A stretch of 64,000 nucleotides of DNA, from the NCBI RefSeq assembly GCF_033153115.1, contig NW_026889750.1:10664001-10728000 (forward strand), read 5' to 3'. The position numbers and the translations under genes are program-made. Positions 14,150 to 27,424 of this stretch are shown here, piece by piece; position 1 is the first letter of the stretch, and each line of letters starts with the position of its first letter. Source of the stretch: Saccostrea echinata (taxonomy: Eukaryota). Under the pieces are notes generated by a model. That model had not been told where the DNA came from, searched no databases, and was given only the letters and a program-made list of their open reading frames with translations.

Positions 14150-14900
14150 TGGTAAGTTGTGAAATATCACTTCATAACAAGATTGTTCGTCCATCTTAAA
14201 AAATTATATTCACGTATTTGAGATGATAATGTCAATAATAGGGTTTTCCTTCATATAACATTGAGCATTTAATATATCGCAATATTGTAATCTACATTGA
14301 TCATAAATTACAATATGTTTTTCATTTTCAATGAAAAGTTTGCAAGAATGACATACACGTTTTTCTCTAGGAATAGGTGTCCTTGAGTATCTCCCCATTT
14401 CAATATGTAGTGTATGAGCACTTATTCTTAGTTTTGTTAGGATTGTTCTTTCAGATTTCTCGTCGCGCAGTGGTTATCTAGAGCGTCTGCTCTAGAGTCC
14501 CGGAGTAAGGAGCTGATCCTTACGTCGAGGGTTCGAATCCAATGCGGGACGTGGAGACCGGTTTTCGGATGAGACCGTATAAACCGAGGTCCCGTGTCGC
14601 AGTAGGTGTTGGTACGAAACAGATTCTTCACTGCTCAATGGCACTAAGTGCCGAGTATAGTTATAAATTTGCAGCCCTACACCGGCAAGTGGTGGCGTCT
14701 CCATATGAGTGAAAAATTCTCGAGAGGGACGTTAAACAAACAATCTTTCAGATTACTTCAATGGTAATTGTAGGTAGTTCTGTTATTTATATTCATTCAA
14801 ATTTGTTATATTACTATAAAAAGTTAATTTTCCAGAATCTGATTTAGAAATGTTCTTTAATTGTTCACAAATTGTGTTACTATAATGCTCCTCTAATTTA
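14150..14900 (-). mobile_element. LINE (CR1/L2-group) ORF2 C-terminal remnant, split by the SINE
   Basis: Translates as KLTFYSN..NYLQLP / SERTILTKLRISAHTLHIEMGRYSRTPIPREKRVCHSC..ENEKH, the typical C-terminal LINE motif. Confidence 0.7.
14458..14743 (+). mobile_element. tRNA-derived SINE with V-domain
   Basis: A/B boxes, V-domain core GGATGAGACCGTATAAACCGAGGTCCC, (AAAC)n tail, TSD TCTTTCAGATT (14447-14457 and 14744-14754). Confidence 0.88.
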
Positions 14901-15719
14901 TATCTTAAAGTTTTATGTGGTATGTCCAATGAAAATAAAGACAATTTCTGTTGTAGAGTAAAAAGATTTCTTTGCCAAGATACTCTGGACCCAAATGTGT
15001 TTTATCTTCCTTTAATGCAGATACATTGTACCACTAATTGGTCATTATGCTCATTCTCTGACTCTGACTAAATATGTTTACATGTACATAGATGTTTTAC
15101 AGTCCCGTTGCACGCTGCTGTTGGACATGAACATGATAAAAACATCGGTATGGAAAGGGATTTATCCGTAAAACATCTACAAGCCTGTATCTATGCAGGG
15201 GTTAAAGTGCATGGAGCTGTACGGGCCATCTCAGGTACATTGAGAAAAAATATATCATTTATTAGAAAAAAAATTATCTCAGCATTGGATAATTAGTCGT
15301 AAGCATAGGTGGTTGGTTCCAGGATGGTGTATTATTTTTTAATGTATTTTTGCGTCTTATTGTGTCTGTCTGAATATAAAAATAAAAACAAGAAATCCCT
15401 GATATTTGCTATTTTAAAAAGAACATATAATGTACAATAAAAATATTCTAACAGGACACACTCGCCACCTTGGATTCTAGGGGGTACCTTGACTGACATT
15501 TGATTTAAATAAGTATCGATCAACGCTCTTCCTCCCGATGTGAGATGAGAACCAGCTACAAAGATGATTGAGTGACTTCTTTCTATCGTCTGCCGATTTG
15601 CAAATGCCCGTTTTGAACGTGCAGTAAACCAAAACATCCGCGGTGCGTAGCACATAAATCGAAAGTAACTTAACGGAAGTGATAATTTCCAACTATGTAA
15701 AAAGTAGAGGTGTCCCTGA

Positions 15720-16680
15720 ACATGACTAACAATGGCTTTGCTGGGTTTTTTTTCTTTTTTTCTTTTTTAAAGATTTTTCCCTATATATTCCTATGTAAAA
15801 CATTGATTGCCAATCGGGCCCCACCCTATCTCTGGGGATCATGATGTGAAGAAAATTGAATGAACACTATTGAGTATGCTTCCATATAAATATGATAAAT
15901 CACAGCTTTGCCGTTCTTGAGAAGTTGAATTTTGAATGATTTTTTTCTATATATTCTCCTATGTTAACATTTGATCGCGCATTGTGGCCTCACTTTACCG
16001 TCGGTGGTCATAATTTGAACAAATTTGAATCTATACTACCAAAGGATGTTTCCATATAAATTTGACTAACATTAGCTTCGCTGTTCTTGAGAAGTTTTTA
16101 AAGATTTTTCCCTACATGTTGCTAAATAAACGTTTGATCGCTCATTGTTGCCCCACCCTACCCCCTGGGTCATGATTTGATCAAACATGAATCTGAACTA
16201 CTTGAGGTTGTTTCCATTGAATATACTAATCATTGCTTCGCTGTTCTTGAGAATGGAAGATTTTTGAAGATTTTTCTTATATATTCCTATGTCAAACTTT
16301 GAACATTCATTGTGCCCCACCCTAACCCCGGGGCTCATGATCTGAACAATTTTGAATCTACACGATGTCAAGAAGCTTTTACTTACGTTTCATCTTTTCT
16401 GGCCCAGTTGCTCTTGAGAAGAAGATTCTAAATGATGTAATTAAATGTTTATTTAATTCTTAACTATCATCCCTTGAGAGAAGGCGTGGTCCTTCAATTG
16501 AACAGAATCACACCCCTTTTACCAAAGAATGCTTTGTGACACGTTTATGGGAATTGGCCCAGTGATTCAGGGGAAGAAATCAAAAATGTTTAAATTTAAC
16601 AGACAGACAAACTGCTGAAGGGTTGATGGAAAAAATCGATCAGAAAACCTCACTTGAGCCTTCGGCTTAGGTGAGCTAAT
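15720..16680 (+). mobile_element. 5'-truncated HINE with about 4 Cg170-like units
   Basis: Same 166-bp repeat as 33174-34744 and the same 3' end (CTTAGGTGAGCTAA). Confidence 0.75.
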
Positions 16681-16850
16681 AAGGGCTTGCATGAGTACTA
16701 GTAATCATTTGAAAGGCCTAAAATTTTCATAAATGAAGTTTGTTGGTGAAGAAATTTTAAAATACTAGTAATCATTTGAAAGGCCTAAAAATTGAAGTAT
16801 CCAAATAAGTGTTGCTGATTGATTTGAAGAAAGTTTATATCTCCTCTTAA

Positions 16851-16851
16851 T

Positions 16852-16884
<33 letters not shown>
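16851..16884. repeat. (GA)n microsatellite
   Basis: Seen directly in the sequence. Confidence 0.9.
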
Positions 16885-19613
16885 GGCCTACTGAGTGTTA
16901 TGGATATCGACGGTAAAACTTCTGTCCTAACTAAAATATCTTTTATTTTTAAATAACTGTAATACATTTAACTTAATGCTTCCGGTCATTATTTTATTTT
17001 TTTATTTACTAGATAGTTTATTTTTTACAGTGGGAATACCAGATTGGACCATGTGATGGCTTTATGGCAGGGGACCACCTGCAGATGTCACGCTACATAT
17101 TATTGAGACTTGCGGAACAGTGTGATCTGAGGGTCACTCTAAAAACAGCCCCTTCAAAAGGAAGGGCCGACTATTCCGCAGGATATTTGAACTTTAGTGT
17201 CAGAAAAATGAGAGAAAAAGAAGGAATATGGTTCGTTATTTGCATTGCATTTCTTTGAAAAAGGTTTCATTTCACAGTTGAAGAGATTGAATTTCAAACT
17301 TTTAAAGAAGTAATAACTATGACATTAATTTAACACATAACGAACTAGTCAATGAAGTAAACATTTCTTTTGTAAAATATTCATGAAGTTATTAATTCAC
17401 GGAATCTATTGTAATTTCAGATTTATCCATCATGCAATTAATATACTATCCAAATCTGACCAAAAGCCCCTATTAAAAAGTTACAACCAAACTATCGAAG
17501 AAGCTAATACAGAGAGACTTTCAAATAAGAAGGTAAAGGCACACCCCAGCATTGACGAATTTGTATTTGACGGTGCCAACAAAGCCATAACAACAGTCAG
17601 GATCCCTCCTCTAGTAGCCTGGGAGCGACGGGGATATATTTCAAGGGCATGAAAAACATCTCCGTTCAACAAAATGGCGTCCTGCTATATTTATTGGTTT
17701 ACTACATCAAATTTTAAAAAATGTTTCTAAAGTTTACACCTCCCTCCTCTGTAGACCCTTATGTTGCAGCAGCAGGCATGATCCAGGCATGTATATTTGG
17801 GGATTTCTTGAGGCCTGAAAACGAGTCTTTGAAAGATGTGTTTGTTTGGGATTAGGAGGCATCTGAGTTACATGAATTTCCTTACCCTTCATGAACAATA
17901 CCGCTTGCTTGCTATATCTACCTGAAACGAATATACATAATAAATAGACAGGAAGCAAATAATTTTAAACATCTTCCACTAATCAGTTCTGGACACAACA
18001 GGGCTCTCAGGAAACATATACACCACCATCAGCATTAGGATTGCAAGAATATACACAACTGTGTCTTTTACTAATTAACGATCTTTTGTCGGTGTGTACA
18101 TGACTAATTAATGAATCATGTGCGAAGTGACAATTTATTAATTAGCAAAACTCTATTAAGAACGTTCTTTCATTTTTTTTTAAATTCAATTTTATCTTCA
18201 ATATATTTGTTGTATTTAAATGAGATAAAATCATCCTTGCACACTTCATGTGCATGGAATCTGCTAACAGATAAAAAGCATTGACCTACTTATTGAATGT
18301 GGTTTAAAAAAATATCACTCATATCACTCACTGAAGGTGATTTTGGGGTTTAGAAAATATTGTCGTTAGCCCTATATAACGCTCCTATTTTGTTTCATAC
18401 TTCCGGATTCCAATTCATCAAGTAAATGCTTTAGTGGAGGCATGGAGTGGAGTTATGGAGTGGAATTTGGAGTGGAGTTTGGAGTCAAATTTTGGAGTCT
18501 GGTTTTTTTTTTTTTAAATTTGATTTTTGCTATAAAGCACCAGCTAATGCAATGTTTAACATAACTCCTGTTGCTAAATTTAGGTAATCTTGTTGAATTG
18601 CTTTAAAGTCTGCTGAAAAATAGACAAGTAATGTGTCTTGCTCTTTTTTAGGGGGTGTCATTTATTCTTGCTTGATACTCCATAATCCATTTCAAGTCTG
18701 CTCCTTTGGCCTGTGATTTTCCGATTGTTTAAGGAAATGTATTCTTTATTGCAATACCCCCCAAAAATAAGAGCTACTGAATTTGTGAGCTTTACATTGA
18801 TCAATCTTGGGTATGAGTATTATTAAATTTAAATTGTCTTATCGAATTATAGAATTTAAAAGATACAAATTCATCAGTTGGCAACTCTGGAGTTTTAATT
18901 TATCTCGTATTGCTATTGGAAGTGATGCCCGTGTTCCTTGGAACAGGGTAGATGAACATTTTAGTTTATATTTCTGTAGTTAAAAAAAAACACATTTGTA
19001 TTATGAAGTAAACTAGTGGTATGCAGTTTTTTAAATCTATATTTGAATTATTTGTTAATATCAATTTTGACGATGACATCATTTATAATAATTATTGATC
19101 AAATTTTTTTGTAACACCAATTAGAGTTTTTTTTTCACAACCAAATCTATATTATGAAAGACATTGTATCAATCATATTTGAAAGCTTATGTTCTACGAG
19201 TTTATGAAATTTATTTAACTCATTATTCATGACTGCCTTTCTTAATTTTTCATTGAAAATGGCAGTTTAAAATATGATTTTTCGTCTTATTTTCCTACAA
19301 ATTATGCCCCGAGACACCTTATTTGACCAAGCAATAGTTATAAAGCATCATAAAAGGGATTTATTTCTCAAATTTGAGAAATCTATAGGCTCCTTTCATT
19401 TACTAGATCTTGACCTTAAGATATGTTGATTGTTTTAACAAGCCAGGTGAAAATCCCATTATCTATTATCTAAATCTCAGGATTGTTATTATATTCATGT
19501 TATTTTTTATTTAGACAGGTTAATCTTCTGGTCCAACTCTTAAAAGCATTTTTTTCCTCAAAAAATGGATTACCCATAATTAGTGTACTTTTAATGAATA
19601 GCGTGAATAAATA

Positions 19614-22600
19614 GGCACCGTGTAATTCATGGACTGGAGGCATGGAGTGGAGTTATGGAGTGGAGTCTGGAGTGGAGTTTGGAGTCAAATTTTGGAGTCT
19701 GGTTTTATTTTTAAAATTTGATTTTTGCTATTTAGAACAAAATTCTTCAGGTGACAACTCTGTAGTCTTATTATATTCCCATGTTGCTATAAAGCACCAG
19801 CTATTGCAACGTTTAACATAACTCCTGTTACTAAAATTAGATTACGGGTATCTTGTTGAATCACCTTAAAATCTGCTCAAAAACAGACAAATGATATTTC
19901 TTTCATCTTTTTTAGATGGTGTCATTCATGCCCGTTTGATACTCCATAATCCATTTTAAGGTATTTTCCTGCTCCTTTGGCCTGAAATTTTCCGATTGTT
20001 TAAGCAAATATATTCTTTCTTGTAATACCCCCAAAATAAGAGTTATTGAATGTGAGCTTTACATTGATCAATCTTGGTATAAATATGAGATTTAATCTGT
20101 CTTACTGATGTATAGAATAATGATACAAAATTCTTCAGGTGACAACTCTTTAGTTTTATTATATTCCCGTGTTGCTATTAGAAGTGATGCGTGTGTTCCT
20201 TGGAAAAGTGTAGATGAACATTTTAGTTTATATTTCAGTAATTTAAAACTAGGAGTATTTCCATAGGACATGAATGCCCCGTCTAGTGTATATTAGTAAT
20301 GCAACATGAAAATTTATATTAGTGTATGAAGTTTGAAGCGAACATCTTCTTTCTTAAAGAAACCTCTATAGTTTCTTTAAAATTGAATTCTAAAAAAATT
20401 GGATATAGATGATAAATTTTCACCAAATTATGTATAAGTACATAAGTTTTCATAAAAATATCTTAAATGTTTTTTAAGACTAAGCAAAATGCAAATTAAA
20501 GAAAAGTGAGGTCAAGGTCACAGGAAAGTGCAAGGTTAAAAGATTTCACGCAGTTGAATAGCCCTCACTAATAAGTATCAGCATATTAAATTTGATAAAC
20601 ATATCTTAAATGGTTTCTTTAAAACTGAGCTAAACACTAATTTAAGAAAAGGTCAAGGTCAAAGGAAAAGTCAAAGTCAAAAAATGTTTACACAATTGAA
20701 AAGCTTTCACCAATACCTATCAACATATGAAGTTTTATAAAAAAATATCTTGAAAAATATCTGAAACTGAGCTAAATGCAAAGCTTGAAAGAAGGAAAGA
20801 AGGACGGAAGACAGACATGTCAAACTCTATATGCCCCAGCCATATTAATGGCGGGGCATAAAAATATTATGAAGTAGACTAGTGGTATGCTTTTTTTTTT
20901 TAAAATATTTATTTGAATTATTAAAAAATATCAATTTTGACGATTTTTCATAATAATCATTAATCAAATTTCTTAGTAATATCAATTAGAGCTTTTTTTC
21001 ACAACCAAATTTATACTTGTGAAAGATATTGTATCAGTCATATTTGAAAGCTTATATTCTAGGATTTGAGATAATAACAAATATTCATTTAAGTCATTGA
21101 TTGTTAGAACAAGTCAGTTGAAAATCACATTATCTATTACCTAAATCTCAGGATTAATATTAATGTTAATTTTTATTTAGACAGATTAATCTTCTGGTCC
21201 AACTCTTGAACTTAAATCTTTTTCCTTGAAAATGAATTTGTACTTTAATGAATAGCATACTAATGTGAATAAATGGGTCTATTATAATTGCCTAACACTA
21301 CCTGCATGCTCTGGTATAAATAACTCTTGGCAGATTATGTGGGACATACAGTGGCTGCATCAACTTCCCGCATATTCTTTCAGATAAGGTCGTGGGTATT
21401 AATTTCACTCTCATTGTCAGAAAGTGTGTTATCTATAACAGTGACAGTTTATTCTATGTTTTAATCAAATTTAACTGTTACATAAATAATGATCACCATA
21501 GCTTTCAACACATAATTGGAAGGTGATAAAACCATTTGAACTAAATTTTAGCTTTCTGTCACATCTTTGTTATGTCTGCTAAAACTTTTATAGGTTTTTG
21601 ACCACACAGCTGAACAATGTAGGTTAATATAATTATTGTTACAAGGTTGTTTGTAGAATAAGATTGATGATTTTTCTCTCTATATAATTTACTGTAGATT
21701 TGAAACCATCAATTTTGTATCTTAAAATTTGAATTTAAAAAAAAGATTATCAATAATGCATAAACATTTAAATAATTAATTAATATTATGATACTGTAAT
21801 ATAATTAAATTACAATACATTGGTGACTCACAATTTTTATCAATTTAGAAGTTAATGGGAAGGAATGCACTGTGATGCTACTTAAGGGATGATAATATTT
21901 ATATAAACTCCTAAAGAATGCAATACATGTAATTTTAATGTATGCATGCTGTTCAAATTAATTCACACGAGATCACATACTCCAAAATTAAATGGTCATC
22001 GTTCAAAGTTTAATCAGCATCTCTGAAACTGGGTGTGAGGATTCTGGCTTTTCTCTATGAGCCAGTGTAGTCTTACATAGCTTTCATTATCAATTAGAAA
22101 ACTGACAATTTATTCAATGTTTAATAAAGATAAACTGGAGTAAAAACAAACTAATTAACACATTGCTTTCACTTGAAGTGTGATATAACCCATAGTTGAT
22201 TTGTTGTTTTTGAGGGTGAGGGAGTGACAACCCAAGGAAAAGGGAGAGATTAATATGGTAATTGCTATGTCGCTGAAGCAAGGGAGTGAGTGAACCTTTT
22301 AGTACAACATATAATAGTGGTAAAAAGTGTGAAACATATTTTAAAACTGATAATATTTCTTGTTTTGGTTTTATAACATGGAAGGTAATGAATAGGTGAG
22401 TGTATATACTGAAAAAAAGCGTTCTTATAAATTGCTTTAAACACTGAACCTAATACCTCTTGACAGGTTTGTTAACACGTCGAATTAAACTATACTAAAA
22501 CAATCAGTAAAACCGACTATATCTGTTGATTAATTATATTCAACAGTTTCCAGATATTTTTAAAGAACAGGGGTTATCTTGTCAGCATCATGTCTGTTTA

Positions 22601-22891
22601 TTCAATACTGATGTAATTTTTAAAGTTACAAATACTTAAGTTTCAGGAAACTTACAAATTTTAATTAAGTCATAGTACCTATGAATTGTCAATCTGTTTA
22701 GTTACAAGACAAGAAACAGCAAACAAATATACGAAAAAGAATACTTTCATACTAATGCAATTTCTTGAACATCTTTTTCCATTCATATTTTGAAAAAAAA
22801 TCTTAGACTCCAAAATTTGACTCCAAATTCCACTCCAAACTCCACTCCATAACTCCATTCCATGCCTCCAGTCCATGAATTACACGGTGCC
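19614..22891. mobile_element. MULE-like non-autonomous element (inner copy of the same family), 9-bp TSD
   Basis: About 87-bp TIRs starting GGCACCGTGTAATTCATGGACTGGAGGCATGG. TSD GAATAAATA at 19605-19613 and 22892-22900. Confidence 0.88.
20247..20864 (+). mobile_element. HINE-type element nested in the inner MULE-like element
   Basis: AACTAG head with ATGCCCC, internal AAGGTCAAGGTCA repeats, GACGGA/GACA tract, 3' hairpin ATGCCCC..GGGGCATAAAA. Absent from the outer copy (about 18985). Confidence 0.75.
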
Positions 22892-23293
22892 GAATAAATA
22901 GGTCTGTTATAATCGCAAAACACTGCCTGCATCCTCTTGTATAAATAACTCTTGACAGATTCTGATAAAATGAATATGTGGGACGTACAGTGCATGCATC
23001 AAATTCCCGCAAATCCTTTCAGATAAGGTCATGGGTATCAATTTCACCCTCATTGTCAAATAGTGTGTAATCTAAAACAGTGACAGTTTATTCTATGTTG
23101 TATCAAATTTAACTGGTACATAAATAATGATCACCATAGCTTCAACACATATAAATTGGAAGGTGATAAAACTCCTTGAACTAAATTTAACTTTCTGTCA
23201 CATCTTTGTTACGTCTGCTAAAACTTTTATAGGTTTTTGACCAGACAGCTTAACAATGTAGGTTAATATATTGTTACAAAGGTTGTTTGATTT

Positions 23294-24094
23294 GGCTTGG
23301 TGTAAAATGCGGAGGATGGAGTCTCCAAAATGGAGTGTCAGAAAGTGCAAGGGGTGGAGCTTCTTTAGTCAGGTGGTGCAAGGGGTGGAGAATCTTGTTC
23401 AAATTTTAGCTCTTGCTTATAGAAATCTGTCAACTCAATTTCTTATTTTCCATAAGAACTTATAAAAATGTCATATTATCCAAACAATAAAAAGATAATT
23501 CCTTTCAAGTTGACTGAATGAATTTATTTTATGCCAAAAGTCAATTTTGTTTAGAACATTTGACGATATCTTTTGGAGTATGTAATGAGAAACAGCTTGG
23601 AAACAATGAAGCAATTTATGACCTTCACATGTCAACAAGGGGTACAGGTCTGCTTTGATTTAAATTTTTTAAGATAACAGAGGCTGAATGAAACAGAAAC
23701 AATAACATAATTAACACTTAGTTCATTGTTGTCATTTTCTTTTCTCCAAAAAATGAGAAACAATTGAGAAACAACAAAATGAGATTCAGTCAAAAAATGA
23801 CCTTTATACATCAGAAACAATAGAGCCATACATTCCGTGCTTTTGATTTAAATTTTGTTCGATAACAGATGCTGAGTGAAAGGGAAACATTTAACATTGG
23901 TAAGATTTATGTCCCTCGCTGCTATCCCACGTACAGTTACTCATGAAGTCTTGACAGATTTAATTAGGTTTTAGGGTCCTAAACTGAATGAAAGATAAAA
24001 TAAGCATTTTTTAAATTGACACAGGAGGCTCCACCCCTTGCACTTTGTTACACTCCATTTTGGAGCCTCCATCCTCAGCATTTTACACCAAGCC
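23294..24094. mobile_element. MULE-like MITE, 9-bp TSD
   Basis: About 70-bp TIRs starting GGCTTGGTGTAAAATGC. TSD GTTTGATTT at 23285-23293 and 24095-24103. Confidence 0.88.
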
Positions 24095-24509
24095 GTTTGA
24101 TTTTTGACATTTGTTCACATCCATGTAATCCACATTAGAATATTATAGATTATTTTTCTCTCTATATAATTTACTTTAGATTTAGAACCATCATTTTAGT
24201 ATCTTAAAATGAGACTCTAATTAAGAAAAGATTATCAATAATTCACATACATTAACTTAAATAAATAATACTGATACTGTAATATGAATACAATACATTG
24301 GTGACTCACAATTTTATCAGTTCAGAAGTTAATGGGAAGGAATGCACTGTGATACTAGTTAAGGATGATAACATTTATATAACCTCCCATAGAATGCAAT
24401 GATTTTAATACCCCGGTACATGCATACTACTCTGTGGAGAACTAAGTTAATTCAACAGTAGGTCACATACACCAACATTAAATGGTTAACATCTCTAAAT
24501 GTAGGGTAT

Positions 24510-25338
24510 GTGTAAAACATTAAACAAAAAATGAGGAACAACGGAATAAAAAAAAAATAACCAATGACCTCAAATTTCAACCAAGGGGCAGCTTTTGCCT
24601 TGATTGAATTTTGATAGAAATAGATGCTGGATGAAATTAAAACATCTAACTTAGGTCATATTTATCAGTGATCTGATATTACGAACCCATAAAGAATTGA
24701 CAGATTTAATTAGATATCAACAGCTAAAAAGTACATAATTAACTGGTAAGAGAGAGATCACCTCAAATTATTAACTAATTGTTATATACATAATCGGAGA
24801 AAAAACAAAACATTAAATAACATATTTATACATTTTTTATCAATAAATAAATCTTTTATAACGTGGACATTAAATTTCAATTGTAATATTACCTGAATTA
24901 CTAAATCACAAGACTGTCTTGTACATTGTGATTATAGTAAAAAGCTAATGATCTGTAACAGTTGATTCTTTTTTGTCAGAGTACTAACATTGAAATTTGG
25001 ACCATTATAGAGTACCCCAGCGGAAATACATTCAATTAGTTTATCACTGAAGGTATCATTTGATGACAAATTTATTATTGGAAGCAAAAACTGAGTAAGC
25101 ATTTCTCTCAGTTAATAGTATTGTATTAATTAAATCTGTCATGATATTATGATTTATCAGTGCGAGATAGTTGTGCAGGTCGCTGATAAATCTGACCTAA
25201 GTTAGATGTTTTCATTTCACTCTGCATCTGTCATCTAACAAAATGAAGTCAAAAGCACAAGTTGTCCCCCTTGGTTGACATTTTAAGATCATTCGTTATT
25301 TTTAGCAGAATCGCATTCCATTGTTTCTCATTTCGCAT
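24510..25338. mobile_element. Degenerate foldback/MITE inserted in the outer MULE-like element
   Basis: Imperfect inverted arms at about 24528-24675 and 25180-25333 (e.g. AAAACATCTAACTTAGGTCA / TGACCTAAGTTAGATGTTTT). Absent from the homologous site of the inner copy (about 22030). Boundaries approximate. Confidence 0.65.
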
Positions 25339-26856
25339 GGGTGTGAGAATTCTGACCTTTCTCTAGGAGCCAATGTAATCTTACAAACTCTCACTATCAA
25401 TTAGAAAAATAACAGTTTATTCAATGTTTAATTAAGATTGGAGTAAAAACAATTAACACATTGCTTTCTACTTGAAGGGTGATATGACCCATAGTTTATT
25501 TGTTGTTTCTGAGGGTGAGGGAGCGACAACCCAAGGAAAAGTGAGATTAGTATGGTACTCGCTATGTCGCTTTTAATGCAAGGAAGTAAGGGAGTGAGTG
25601 AACCTTTTAGTACACCATATAGTAGTGGAATAAAGTGGGAAACCTATTTTAAAACTAATTTTCATTTATTTTTATAATTTTACATGGAAGGTAATGAATA
25701 GGTGAGTGTAATATTGAAAAATTGCATTATACTGTTTAGTCTAATAGCTCTTGACAGGTTTGTTAACACGTCGAATTAAACTGTATTTAAACAACCAGTT
25801 AGACCGACTATATCTGTTGATTAATTATGTTCAACAGTTTCCAAACATTTTCAAAGAACAGGGGTTATCTTGTCAGTATCATGTCTGTCTATTCAATACT
25901 GATGTAATTTTCTCAAGTTACAAATACTTCAGAAACTTACAAAGTTTAATAGGTCATAGTAGCTGTGAATTGTCAATCTTTAAGTAAAAAGACTTGAAAC
26001 ATCCAACAATAGTACAAAAAAGAATGAAAAACTTTCACAGTAATGCAATTTCTTGAACATCTTTTCCCATTCATGTTTCTTAAAAAAAAATCTTAGACTC
26101 CAAAATTTAACTCCAAACTCCACTCCATAACTCCACTCCATGCCTCCAGTCCATGAATTACACGGTGCCGATTTTTGTTACACAGACAGAAAAGAATTCA
26201 TCGACTTTGCATGGTAAGGTAAGAATAAAATGAAGATATAGATGTTTTTTTTTACGTTTAAACAATACTTAACCTACACGGAAGGTAAAAGTTGGAAGCT
26301 TCGTTTAATTTCTGTTTGCTTTAGTAGTAGTCAGTAGTGGACTTTTGCGAGAAGCGCTGACTTTTACAATCGACGACTTACTTTTACACTGGGACAATAT
26401 ACGACAGCTCTTTTGTGATATAAATATTCAGCTTAACAGTTAATTAAACGATAATAATTGGGCATTTCAAAGCACGTATTACGTTTTCTAATTTTAGTTT
26501 CACCTAGAGCAAAAAGTACATGATGAAGCCATTCAATGTAATTGGAAAGGGATATATGAAAGAGACAGTGTAATAGTTTTGATACTAGCAACTGTTTGAT
26601 AAAATATGATGTGATTTTAACGATTTAAGAATATTTCTCCTCTTTCAAATAATTCCCCCCACTTCCTTTTTAAAGATCCACTTGTAATTCTATAATGCAG
26701 AAAATGAATGTACATAACTTTGATTATTCTAGCCATTTATTCATCCTTCTTATCTAAATTTATAAAAGAAATCTTAAATTGTCACTCATTACGATTCTCA
26801 TAGTTTGTAAATTACATGTAGATGCACATTTTGTAGCCTGACAGATAGAAACCAAA

Positions 26857-27391
26857 ATGAGCTTCCATTTCCTCAATCCTCCAGCTACTCCAGGATCTAC
26901 AAAACGTGTTATTCTAGAGTACGTTTTCACAAATCAAACCAACTTCCAGTTCATGTCCAAGATGAAAGTGGTAAACACTGAACCAACGTCAGCAAAAGGT
27001 AAGAAAAAAATTAAATAGAATAATTTTTATAAACATAAAAGAATGAGGACGCATTTGATTGGATTCGGCAGGAATCTGGGTGCACTTAAAAAGTGAAAAA
27101 TTCATAGACACATTATGATACCGGTATATTGACATTCTACTGGGTTTCTGTGTATAAGAAAGAGAAATATATTCCCGATTGTGTGTTTTGACTTGAAACA
27201 TGGATAGACGCGTCATGTAGTACAAAATATTGCATTTTATAAACACGTTCTTATATATAACTTTTCTATATCTGGGTCATCTCTCTAAGATTTTAAAACG
27301 TTATTTGAGTCATTTTAACTCAAAAGAAACGCGCAAACATTTGTAAAAAGAAATGAAGAAAAGACCCAGAAACCCTACAATTGAACTTTTT

Positions 27392-27424
<33 letters not shown>

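Larger units (their letters stand above)
13257..17894 (+). pseudogene. Glutamine synthetase-like pseudogene, tandem paralogue of 26857-42836
   Basis: Exons 13257-13398, 13586-13744, 13912-14094, 15103-15234, 17031-17230 and 17421-17894 are close copies of the copy 2 exons. Lesions: 8-bp frameshifting deletion near 15225; TG|A stop across the last splice junction (CG|A in copy 2); GHLNFS changed to GYLNFS; 100 bp of foreign sequence at 17638-17737 replacing the LEDRR codons; a TAG near the C-terminus. Confidence 0.88.
18435..26169. mobile_element. MULE-like non-autonomous element (outer copy, left TIR truncated) hosting nested insertions
   Basis: TIR built from TGGAG(T) repeats at 18435-18500 and 26095-26169, ending CACGGTGCC. 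The internal sequence is homologous to the inner copy 19614-22891. Confidence 0.8.

Noticed and set aside
16696-16791. 28-bp direct repeat TACTAGTAATCATTTGAAAGGCCTAAAA
   Set aside because: A small local duplication with no evident functional or mobile-element signature.
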